A stretch of 55,229 nt of DNA from Burkholderiaceae bacterium (GTDB taxonomy: Bacteria > Pseudomonadota > Gammaproteobacteria > Burkholderiales > Burkholderiaceae_F), in contig DATKPC010000103.1 in assembly GCA_035524275.1 (NCBI GenBank), positions 1-55,229 on the forward strand. The letters are read 5' to 3'. The notes under the pieces were generated by a model. That model was not told where the DNA came from and did no database searches. It was given only the letters and a program-made list of their open reading frames with translations. The position numbers and the translations under genes were made by a program. Position 1 is the stretch's first letter. Every line of letters begins with the position of its first letter. Positions 22,100 through 33,397 of the stretch are shown here, one piece after another.

Positions 22100-23287
22100 G
22101 TGGCGGCGCTGCCGGCATCGACCCTCCCGCTGTCGCGCGCCTGCGCCTGGGCGCTGCTCGTCGGTGGCTGGATCGGGATCGGCAGCCTCGCGCTTCAACT
22201 CGCGCCGAGTGCCTGGCTCGCCTTCGGGCTGGTCGCCGCGTGGCTCGTCGGTCTCGGCGCGGCGGCGCGGCTCGGGACGCGCCGCGGCATGCCATCGTCG
22301 GTCCGCGCGGTGGCGCTGGTCGCCGCGACGGGCGCCACCGCCGCGTCGCTCCTTGCCGCGGTCGAGGGCGGCGGCGTCGTGGCGCTGCTGGTGGCGATCG
22401 TCGGCTGGGCGGCGATGACCGCACTGGCATCCGGTGTCGTGCGCGGCCTGCGGCTGGCACGGTCGACCGCCCCGGCACCGCCGGTGGCCGCGGCGACCGT
22501 GGGAGCGCTTGCGGCGGCTGCCGCGATCGGCGATCCGGGACAGTTCGCGGCGCTCGGCGAACGCCTCGCGCTGTTCGTCGGAGCCGGCGGCCTGCTTCTC
22601 CTGGTCCTGCAGCGCGGGATCGTCGACAGTCCGCGAGGCGCGGGCTGCCGTGCCGGACTGTTCGACTGCTCGCTGCCGGCGTGGCCACCGGGTGCCTGGG
22701 GCGAACCGCAGCAGTGGCCGGCGCTGTTCGCCGGCCTCGGGATGCTGCCGATGATGGCCGCGTTGCCGCTGATGGCCGAATGGTGCCGCGCGCGTTCCGT
22801 GCCGCCCCAGGCGCTCGTCGTGCTGCACGTCGCCTCGATGTTCGTTCCGGCCCTGCTGGCGCGGCGCGCGATCGCCGTGGCGACGCCGCGCGCGCTGGCG
22901 GTCGCGTGCACCGTGCTGCTGGTGGCCGGTGCCGCGTGCGCCGTGCGATGGGCGGCACCGTTCGACCTGCTGGCGCCCGCCGCGCTGCAGGGCGCCGCCT
23001 GGGGAATGGCGTGGAGCGGCCAGCTCTGGTCGCCGACGCGGCGCGCGCGCCAGGGGGCTTCGCCGCTGCGCGCCGCGATCGGCTACGCGGCCTGCACGCT
23101 GGCCTACGGCGCGATCGTCGACCGCTTCGGGCCCGCGGGCATCGTCGGCGTCCACGTCGCGCTCGCCGTGGCCGCGTCCTGCGCCTGGGTGCTGGTCGCG
23201 ATCGCGGTCGCCGCGCGGCGCGGCGCGCGGGCCGGCGACCGGCCGACGGCGCCGGATGCGCCGATCATGCCGCCGCCGGGCGCGTAG
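22100..23287 (+). CDS. Hypothetical polytopic inner-membrane protein (~12 TM, possibly MFS-like), 395 aa, with a GTG start per the ORF track.
   Basis: Long ORF with a regular succession of hydrophobic helices. No recognisable MFS signature motifs were identified. It lies directly downstream of the mocA-like gene. Confidence 0.45.
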   Translation: MAALPASTLPLSRACAWALLVGGWIGIGSLALQLAPSAWLAFGLVAAWLVGLGAAARLGTRRGMPSSVRAVALVAATGATAASLLAAVEGGGVVALLVAIVGWAAMTALASGVVRGLRLARSTAPAPPVAAATVGALAAAAAIGDPGQFAALGERLALFVGAGGLLLLVLQRGIVDSPRGAGCRAGLFDCSLPAWPPGAWGEPQQWPALFAGLGMLPMMAALPLMAEWCRARSVPPQALVVLHVASMFVPALLARRAIAVATPRALAVACTVLLVAGAACAVRWAAPFDLLAPAALQGAAWGMAWSGQLWSPTRRARQGASPLRAAIGYAACTLAYGAIVDRFGPAGIVGVHVALAVAASCAWVLVAIAVAARRGARAGDRPTAPDAPIMPPPGA

Positions 23288-23325
23288 TATCCGAAGCGGC
23301 TGCGTTTCCGCGGCGCGCCCACGGC

Positions 23326-24150
23326 ATGAAGATCCTCCTGCTGTCCGATCTGCACCTGGAGTTCGCGGGCAACCGCGACTTCGTTCCCGCGCCCGCGGCG
23401 GTCGACGCCTGCGACGTCATCGTGCTGGCCGGCGACATCCACAACGGGCCCCTCGGCATCGAATGGGCGGCGCGCGCCTTCCCGCGGCGCCCGGTCGTCT
23501 ACGTCGCCGGCAACCACGAGTACTACGAATCGGACTGGGCGTCGACACGCGCGGCGTTGCGGACGGCCGCCGCCGCCAGCGCCAACGTGCGGCTGCTGGA
23601 CGACGGCGTCACGCTCGTGGGCGGCGTCCGCTTCCTCGGCGCGACGCTGTGGACGGACTTCGCGCTTTTCGGTGCCGCCGAGCGCGCCCGCTGCGAGGCG
23701 GCGGCGACGGAGTTCATCGCCGACTTTCGCCTGATCCGTCGCGCGCCCGAGGCCGCCGCTTCGGATGCGGCCGCCGCCGCTCCGGTCAGCCTGCCGCTGT
23801 TCACGACCGGCGATTCGATCCGGCTCCACGAGGCCTCGCGGGCGTTCCTGGAGGCGGAACTCGCGCGGCCGTTCGCCGGACCGACCGTCGTCGTGACGCA
23901 TCACCTGCCGTCGGCGCGCTCGAATGCGGAGCGGTTCCGCACGCTGGCGACCTCGGCCGCGTTCGCGAGCGTCCTCGACGACCTCGTCGTGCGCGGCCGC
24001 GCGGCCGCGTGGCTGCATGGCCATACGCACGACAGCTTCGACTACCGGCTCGGTGCCACGCGGATCGTCTGCAACCCGATGGGCTATCCGCGCCGCAGCG
24101 GTGGCAAGGAGAACGCGAACTTCGATCCGGGGCTGATCGTCGAGGTGTAG
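23326..24150 (+). CDS. Calcineurin-like metallophosphoesterase, 274 aa.
   Basis: MKILLLSDLHLEF…GDIHNGP…GNHEYY…GHTHDSFD are the diagnostic metallophosphoesterase motifs (D-X-H, GD, GNHE, GHxH). Confidence 0.78.
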   Translation: MKILLLSDLHLEFAGNRDFVPAPAAVDACDVIVLAGDIHNGPLGIEWAARAFPRRPVVYVAGNHEYYESDWASTRAALRTAAAASANVRLLDDGVTLVGGVRFLGATLWTDFALFGAAERARCEAAATEFIADFRLIRRAPEAAASDAAAAAPVSLPLFTTGDSIRLHEASRAFLEAELARPFAGPTVVVTHHLPSARSNAERFRTLATSAAFASVLDDLVVRGRAAAWLHGHTHDSFDYRLGATRIVCNPMGYPRRSGGKENANFDPGLIVEV

Positions 24151-24172
24151 CGGCCCGCGCCGCCGGACGACA

Positions 24173-24790
24173 TCAGTCCGGCGACGACGTGTCGCCACCT
24201 TCCCACGGCGGCGCGACCTCGCCGGCACCGGCGTCGCCGGCCGTGCGCGGCCACGGGTCGTGGTCATCGAGGCCGAGGATGTAGTCCGCCTCCAGGTCGC
24301 CGACGTAGTACTGGTCGTTGATGAACGGCGATGCGCCCCACTGCGGCGGCCACATCCGCCAGACGCGCCTCGGCATCCGCGCGAAGAGCATCGCCGCCGT
24401 CACGGTCGCCTCGCGATAGCCGAGCGTCGGCGTCGGGCGGCGCGGGCGCGTCCGCAGCCAGTCGTAGGCGAGCACCGCCCGGCGGCAGTACTGGTACCCC
24501 GCGAGGACGAGGCCGAGGCGCGTGACGCGGCTGCCGCCATCCTCGTCGCCGAGCGTGGCGCGGCGCTCGACCGGACCGAGGCAGACCAGGCGCGCGACGG
24601 CCATCTCCTGCGCGCGGGCCCAGTCCAGGAAATTGACGCAGCGCTCGCGCGTTCGAAGCATGTCGTTCAGCTGCGCGATGCGGCTGCGCGAGAGGCCGAG
24701 GTCGATGAATTCGCGCGCGTGCCCGATCGCCTCGTGGCGATAGACCTCGAGGCGCGCATCGGCACCGTCGTCCACGCTGGAAGGAAGCAT
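24173..24790 (-). CDS. Hypothetical protein, 205 aa, no recognised domain.
   Basis: ORF co-directional with, and 87 nt downstream of, the sensor kinase gene. Composition is plausible but not distinguishable from background in this GC-rich DNA. Confidence 0.35.
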   Translation of the reverse strand: MLPSSVDDGADARLEVYRHEAIGHAREFIDLGLSRSRIAQLNDMLRTRERCVNFLDWARAQEMAVARLVCLGPVERRATLGDEDGGSRVTRLGLVLAGYQYCRRAVLAYDWLRTRPRRPTPTLGYREATVTAAMLFARMPRRVWRMWPPQWGASPFINDQYYVGDLEADYILGLDDHDPWPRTAGDAGAGEVAPPWEGGDTSSPD

Positions 24791-24876
24791 CCCGGCCCTC
24801 GGTGCCCCGCGCCCGGATGCACATCGTTGCGTTGCCCGTCGGGCGGCGGCACCCGATTAGAACTCCGCCGGCGGGC

Positions 24877-28050
<3,174 letters not shown>

Positions 28051-28210
28051 GTTGCGCGATCGCTCGTCCGACAGGGCAAGGCCATGCGCTTGCCCCTGAG
28101 TCTGTCAAGGTTACCCCGGACGTCTGGGCCGTGATCGGCCGGCGTCCGGGGTTTTAGCCTCCCTTTTGTTCCGCGGGGTTCGCGTCGTGGCGCGCTGCAC
28201 CGCAGCGACG

Positions 28211-28762
28211 TTACCCGCCGCCGCGCGCCGCCTCGGCGTCGGCACGTCCGGTGTGGCGGGTTGATACCGCCGCCAGGATGCCGCGCAGCAGGTCGCGCGG
28301 CGGCGGCGGGCAGCCGGGAATCGCGACGTCGACCGGGATCACGTGGGCGATCCGCCCGCGGCAGGCGTAGCTCTCGCCGAACACGCCGCCATCGCAGCCG
28401 CAGTCGCCGACGGCGACCACCAGCACGGGCTGCGGCGCCGCATCGTAGGTCCGGCGCAGCGCGGCCTCCATGTGGCGCGAGACCGGCCCGGTCACCAGGA
28501 GCATGTCGGCGTGCCGCGGGCTCGCGACGAAGCGGATCCCGAGGCCTTCGAGGTTGTAGTACGGATTGTTCAGCGCGTGGATCTCGAGCTCGCAGCCGTT
28601 GCACGAGCCGGCGTCGACCTGCCGGATCGAGAGCGCGCGGCCGACGATGGCGAGCAGCTCGCCGCGGATCCGCGCCTCGTCGCGCCGCCAGGCCTCGTTC
28701 GCCTCCGGCGCGGGCTCGGTCACCAGCCCGACGCGGGCCACCTGTCGCAACAGCTGCCACAT
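28211..28762 (-). CDS. NuoB / HycG-like small subunit of a group-4 [NiFe]-hydrogenase-related complex, 183 aa, retaining [4Fe-4S] ligands.
   Basis: SCNGCE…GDCGCDGG…PGCPP motifs are the NuoB-family proximal-cluster ligands. The start ATG overlaps the stop of the large-subunit gene (TGATG). Confidence 0.8.
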   Translation of the reverse strand: MWQLLRQVARVGLVTEPAPEANEAWRRDEARIRGELLAIVGRALSIRQVDAGSCNGCELEIHALNNPYYNLEGLGIRFVASPRHADMLLVTGPVSRHMEAALRRTYDAAPQPVLVVAVGDCGCDGGVFGESYACRGRIAHVIPVDVAIPGCPPPPRDLLRGILAAVSTRHTGRADAEAARGGG

Positions 28763-30324
28763 CAGAGATCGTGTCCGGAATAGCTGAGGTTGAAGGATTT
28801 GTTGATCAGCGGGAAGTCGGGGACGATGTTGTCGATCACCGCATGCTCCAGCACCGGCCAGTTGCGCCACGACGGATCGCTGAGGTGGCAGCGCCGGATC
28901 GCTCCCGACGGCGCGAGTTGAAGCGCGACGAGGATCTCGCCGCGCCAGCCCTCGACCCATCCGGCGCCGGCGCCGGCGCGCCCGATGTCGCCGACCGTCG
29001 CGAGCCGCGCGCCCTGCGGCAGCCCGCGCGCGATGTCGCGAATCAGCTGCAGCGACGATCGCAGCTCCGCGAACCGGACTTCGGCGCGGGCCGCGACGTC
29101 GCCGGCCGCGGCACTCGCGGCGCGCACCGCGAGCCGGTCGTAGGGCGGATGCGGATGGTCCGCGCGCAGGTCGCGCGCGATGCCGCTCGCGCGCCCCGCC
29201 AGCCCACAGAGGCCCAGCCGGGTCGCCAGCGGCGTCGCGACGCGACCGGTGCCGATGAACCGGTCCTGCAGCCCCGGATGCTCCTCGAAGATCGCATGCA
29301 GCCGCTCGACCTGCGGCTCCAGCGCATCGCATTGGGCGGCGAGGCGAGCGGCGGCGGCGGCGTCGAGGTCGACGCAGGTGCCGCCCGGCACGATGCGGTC
29401 CATCAGCAGCCGATGCCCGAACAGTTCGCCGTTGAGGCGCAGCCAGTCCTCCCTGAGCCGCGAGAATTGGGCCAGGCCGAACGCCAGCGCGACGTCGTTG
29501 GCCAGCGCGCCGAGGTCGCCGAGGTGGTTGGCAACCCGCTCGCGCTCCAGCAGCAGGCCGCGCAGCCAGGCGGCGCGATCCGGGACGGCGACGCCGGTCG
29601 CCGCCTCCAGCGCCATGCAGGTGGCCCACGCGTAGGCCACCGTCGAGTCGCCGCAGGCGCGCCCCGCGATGCGGTGCGCATCGAGCGGCGCGGTGCGTTC
29701 CATCAGCTGCTCGATTCCCTTGTGCACGTAGCCGAGGCGTTCTTCGAGCCGCAGGACCTTTTCGCCGACGACCGAGAACCGGAAATGACCCGGCTCGATG
29801 ATGCCGGCATGCACCGGCCCGACCGCGATCTCGTGGACGCCGTCGCCTTCGACGGTGACGAAGCGGTAGGGCTCCGGCTTCGCCGCCGGGACCGGCGCTG
29901 ATGACTCGCCTTCGCCGCGGCGCAGCGGGAAATAGCCGGCGGGCCACGCGTCATGCCGCAGCCAGGGCCGCTGGTCGGCGCTGCCGGCGGCGACGACGCC
30001 GGCCAGGTCGCGCGCCGCGCGCTGCATCCGGAGCGCCGCTGGGAAAAGCCGTGACACGTCCGGGTAGTCCGGATGCGAGGGCGCGAGCGCGAGCGTGATC
30101 CACGCGAGGCCGCCGGCGAACGCATAGGCCGCATGGACCGCCGGATCGCCTCCTTCCGTCGTTCCGCCCCACAGCGCGACGAGGCGTCCGCTGGCGCGGG
30201 CCGCTTCGGCCGCCGCCGTCCACTCCGCGGCGTCGACCGTGGCGCGCCCGATCGGCAGCGGCGCGTCCGTCGCCTCGAGCGCGATCGCGAGGCCGTCGAT
30301 GCGGTCGAAGCGGGGCGCCGGCAT
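28762..30324 (-). CDS. Fused NuoC-NuoD-like large subunit (HycE/HyfG-like) lacking the NiFe-binding cysteines, 520 aa.
   Basis: N-terminal NuoC-like domain, then a NuoD/hydrogenase large-subunit domain (GPVHAGIIEPGHFRF…LEERLGYVHKGIE). The L1 motif is RACGDS (hydrogenases RxCGxC). The C-terminal L2 is DPSWRNW (hydrogenases DPCxxC). Only 1 of 4 Ni-Fe Cys ligands remains. GGAGG lies 8 nt upstream. The start overlaps the hyfF-like stop. Confidence 0.85.
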   Translation of the reverse strand: MPAPRFDRIDGLAIALEATDAPLPIGRATVDAAEWTAAAEAARASGRLVALWGGTTEGGDPAVHAAYAFAGGLAWITLALAPSHPDYPDVSRLFPAALRMQRAARDLAGVVAAGSADQRPWLRHDAWPAGYFPLRRGEGESSAPVPAAKPEPYRFVTVEGDGVHEIAVGPVHAGIIEPGHFRFSVVGEKVLRLEERLGYVHKGIEQLMERTAPLDAHRIAGRACGDSTVAYAWATCMALEAATGVAVPDRAAWLRGLLLERERVANHLGDLGALANDVALAFGLAQFSRLREDWLRLNGELFGHRLLMDRIVPGGTCVDLDAAAAARLAAQCDALEPQVERLHAIFEEHPGLQDRFIGTGRVATPLATRLGLCGLAGRASGIARDLRADHPHPPYDRLAVRAASAAAGDVAARAEVRFAELRSSLQLIRDIARGLPQGARLATVGDIGRAGAGAGWVEGWRGEILVALQLAPSGAIRRCHLSDPSWRNWPVLEHAVIDNIVPDFPLINKSFNLSYSGHDL

Positions 30325-31790
30325 CAGGAACCTCCGATCAGCTGCGCGGCGCTGCGCCACCATGCGCCGAGGTACGGCGGGACGTAGAGTCCCAGCATCA
30401 GCGCGAGGCCGAGGTGGACGAAGATCGGCAGCAGCGCCGGCGCGTGCGGCAACGCGCGAACGCTGGGCTCGCCGAAGGCCATTTCCTGCACCTTCGAGAA
30501 CACCGCCGCGAACGCGACCGCGAGCGCGAGCAGCAGCAGCGGCGCCGCCCACGGCAGCTCGCGCATCGTGGTCGTCAGGATCAGGAACTCGCTCGCGAAG
30601 ACGCCGAAGGGCGGCATGCCGAGGATCGCGACGGTGCCGACGACGAGCCCCCAGCCGACGGTCGGGTTCGACTTCACGAGGCCGCGGATGGACTCCATCA
30701 GCTGCGTTCCGGCCTTCTGCGCCGCATGTCCGGCCGCGAAGAAGATCGACGACTTGACCAGCGAATGCACGGTCATGTGCAGCAGGCCGGCGAACGTCGC
30801 GACCGGGCCGCCGATCCCGAAGGCGAACGTCATCAGGCCCATGTGCTCGATCGACGAGTACGCGAAGAGCCGCTTGATGTCGCGCTGTCGCATCAGGAAG
30901 AACGACGCGCTGACGACCGACAGCAGTCCGAAGCCGACCATCAGGCTGCCGGCGAGGTGGTTGTGCAGCGCGCCGTCGGCAAGGACCTTGCTGCGCAGCA
31001 CCGCATAGAGCGCGACGTTCAGCAGGAGCCCGGAGAGGACCGCGGAGATCGGCGTCGGGCCTTCGGCGTGGGCATCCGGCAGCCAGTTGTGCACCGGGAC
31101 GAGGCCGACCTTCGTGCCGTAGCCGAGCATCAGGAAGACGAACGCGAGCGAAAGGATGTTCGGTTCCAGGCGGTCCTTGACGGCCTCCAGGTTGCTCCAC
31201 AGCAGCGCGCCGCCGCCGGGCCCGATGACCCGCTCGGCGGCGAGGAACAGCAGGATCGTCCCGAACAGCGCCTGCGCGATGCCGACCCCGCAGAGGATGA
31301 AGTATTTCCACGCGGCTTCGAGGCTGGCGGCGGTCCGGTAGACGCTCACCAGCAGCACGGTCGCCAGCGTCGCGGCCTCCATGGCGACCCACAGGATGCC
31401 GACGTTGTTCGTCGTCAGCGCCAGCAGCATCGTGAACGTGAAGAGCTGGTACATGCTGTGGTAGAGGCGCATCCGCGGCGGCGTCATGCGCCCGTGGTCC
31501 TGCTCGATGCGCATGTAGGGGATCGAGAACAGCGCCGTCGTCAGGCCGACGAAGGCGGTCAGCGCGACCAGGAAGACGTTGAGCGGGTCGATCAGGAAGG
31601 CCTGCCCGAAATGGAAGCCCGGGCCGTCGGCGACGACGCGCGCGACGAGCGCCGCGGCGGCCGCCAGCGTCGCGGCGCTGAAGCCGGCGTTGACGGCCGC
31701 AGCGGCGCGGCGCGCGCCGATCACGCCGAGCGTCGCGGCGCCGGCGAGCGGGATGGCGAGGAGGACGGCGAGGCCGTCGATCTCATTCAT
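30324..31790 (-). CDS. NuoN/NuoM-like antiporter-type membrane subunit (HyfF-like), 488 aa.
   Basis: About 14 TM helices with conserved complex-I antiporter-like core motifs (…WLPDAHAEGPTPISA…). Confidence 0.82.
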   Translation of the reverse strand: MNEIDGLAVLLAIPLAGAATLGVIGARRAAAAVNAGFSAATLAAAAALVARVVADGPGFHFGQAFLIDPLNVFLVALTAFVGLTTALFSIPYMRIEQDHGRMTPPRMRLYHSMYQLFTFTMLLALTTNNVGILWVAMEAATLATVLLVSVYRTAASLEAAWKYFILCGVGIAQALFGTILLFLAAERVIGPGGGALLWSNLEAVKDRLEPNILSLAFVFLMLGYGTKVGLVPVHNWLPDAHAEGPTPISAVLSGLLLNVALYAVLRSKVLADGALHNHLAGSLMVGFGLLSVVSASFFLMRQRDIKRLFAYSSIEHMGLMTFAFGIGGPVATFAGLLHMTVHSLVKSSIFFAAGHAAQKAGTQLMESIRGLVKSNPTVGWGLVVGTVAILGMPPFGVFASEFLILTTTMRELPWAAPLLLLALAVAFAAVFSKVQEMAFGEPSVRALPHAPALLPIFVHLGLALMLGLYVPPYLGAWWRSAAQLIGGS

Positions 31791-32400
31791 CCTTCAGCCT
31801 CTCGAGGTGCTGGATGTCGAGGCTGTCGAACTGTTCGCGGATCTGGAACATGAAGACGCCGAGGATCAGCAGCCCGACGAGGACGTCGAGCGCGATGCCG
31901 AGCTCGACGACCATCGGCATGCCGTAGGTCGCCGCGGTGGCGGCGAAGAACAGCGCGTTTTCCATCGACAGGAAGCCGATCACCTGCGGCACCGCCTTCG
32001 CCCGCGTGATCATCATCATGAACGACAGCAGCACGCACGCCAGCGCGATGCCGAGCGAGCCGCCGGCCACCGACGAGGTCAGGCGGGCGATCGGCGCCGC
32101 GAGGTTGAAGGAGAAGACGACGAGCACGATCCCGATCAGCATCGTCGTCGGGATGTTGATGAGGGTCTCGACGTCCCACTTGACGTCGAGGCGGTCGATC
32201 AGCCGGTGCAGCGCCACCGGCAGCGCGACGACCTTCAGCAGCAGCGTGACGAGCGCCGAGAAGAACAGGTGCGGCTGTCCGGTCGCGCGCGCGACGAGCG
32301 CGGTGGCCAGCGCCAGCGCCAGGCCCTGCAGCGTGAAGAGCCGGATCAGCAGCAGCACGCGGCGCTGCGACAGCATCGCGAAGGCGAGCAGCAGCAGCAC
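31783..32400 (-). CDS. HyfE-like small membrane subunit of hydrogenase-4-type complexes, 205 aa.
   Basis: Six predicted TM helices. Size and position (between the NuoH-like and NuoN-like genes) match hyfE in hyf operons. Confidence 0.65.
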   Translation of the reverse strand: MLLLLAFAMLSQRRVLLLIRLFTLQGLALALATALVARATGQPHLFFSALVTLLLKVVALPVALHRLIDRLDVKWDVETLINIPTTMLIGIVLVVFSFNLAAPIARLTSSVAGGSLGIALACVLLSFMMMITRAKAVPQVIGFLSMENALFFAATAATYGMPMVVELGIALDVLVGLLILGVFMFQIREQFDSLDIQHLERLKDE

Positions 32401-32443
32401 CGCGGCGAGCAGGTTGATCAGCTGGGGCAGCAGCGCGTCGATC

Positions 32444-33397
32444 TCAGGCTCCCAGCAGCAGGTGGACCAGCATCCCGAGCACCGCGAGCAGGAACGCGGT
32501 GGCGAGGAACTCCGGGACGCGGAAGACGCGCATCTTGGCGCTCGTCGCCTCGACCAGCGCGAGCGCGGCGCCGCCGATCGCGAGCTTCAGCAGCAGCACC
32601 GGGATCGCGAGCACGAGGGCCAGCGGCTCGCCGGCCTCGGCGACGCCCCACGGGAAGAACAGCGCCAGCCCGATGCACGAGTACGCGAAGAGCTTGAGGC
32701 TCGCGGCCCACTCCAGCAGCGCCAGGTGGCGCCCCGAGTACTCCAGGACCAGCGCCTCGTGGATCATCGTGAGCTCGAGGTGCGTCGACGGATTGTCGAC
32801 CGGGACCCGGGCGTTTTCCGCCAGCGACACCATCGTGAAGGCGACGCCGGCGAACGCCAGGCTGGGATAGATCGCGAACTCGCGGTGCGCGAGCGACCCG
32901 ACGATCTGGGTCAGCGACGTCGATTGCGTGATCAGCGACGCGGAGAACAGCACCGTGAGCAGCGCCGGTTCGGCCAGGAAGCCGACCAGCATCTCGCGCC
33001 GCGCGCCGAGCGTGCCGAACGCCGTGCCGATGTCCATCGCGGCGAGCGATATGCACATGCGCGCGACGCTGAAGAGCCCGACGAGCGCGATGGCGTCGGC
33101 CGCCGGCGCCAGCGGCAGATCGGTCGACAGCGTCGGCACGATCCCGCAGGACAGCGCCATGCAGCCGAAGACGACGTACGGCGCGCCGCGGAACAGCGGC
33201 GAGGCGTTGTCGGCGACGACCGCCTCGCGCGCGAACAGCTTGCGCAGCGTCCGGTACGGCTGCAGCAGGCTCGGCGCCGAGCGGTTCAGCAGCCACGCGC
33301 GGCACTGGTTGACCCACCCGCTGAGCAGCGGCGCGAGCAGCAGCGCGAGCGACAGCTCGAGCAGCTGCGCCGCGGCGCCGGTCCAGCTCAGTCCCAT
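32444..33397 (-). CDS. NuoH-like membrane subunit (HycD/HyfC-like), 317 aa.
   Basis: Starts MGLSWTGAAAQLLELSLALLLAPLLSGWVNQ…, typical of the HycD/NuoH family. Its start overlaps the stop of the preceding NuoL-like gene by 8 nt. The track ORF (1088 aa) has a long Arg-rich spurious N-terminal extension. Confidence 0.85.
   Translation of the reverse strand: MGLSWTGAAAQLLELSLALLLAPLLSGWVNQCRAWLLNRSAPSLLQPYRTLRKLFAREAVVADNASPLFRGAPYVVFGCMALSCGIVPTLSTDLPLAPAADAIALVGLFSVARMCISLAAMDIGTAFGTLGARREMLVGFLAEPALLTVLFSASLITQSTSLTQIVGSLAHREFAIYPSLAFAGVAFTMVSLAENARVPVDNPSTHLELTMIHEALVLEYSGRHLALLEWAASLKLFAYSCIGLALFFPWGVAEAGEPLALVLAIPVLLLKLAIGGAALALVEATSAKMRVFRVPEFLATAFLLAVLGMLVHLLLGA

Noticed and set aside
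21869-23155. 428-aa minus-strand ORF antisense to the mocA-like and membrane-protein genes, plus other Arg-rich antisense ORFs around 22240..24284.
   Set aside because: Arg/Pro/Gly-dominated composition with no homology. They lie antisense to ORFs with better coding characteristics.
28211-29947. 578-aa track ORF spanning the small-subunit gene and extending far into the large-subunit gene. Similar long ORFs occur at 27696..28760 and 28261..29901.
   Set aside because: Only the last ~183 codons (NuoB-like motifs) are real. The upstream part is an out-of-frame, Arg-rich read-through of the large-subunit gene region. The small subunit starts at the ATG overlapping the large-subunit stop.
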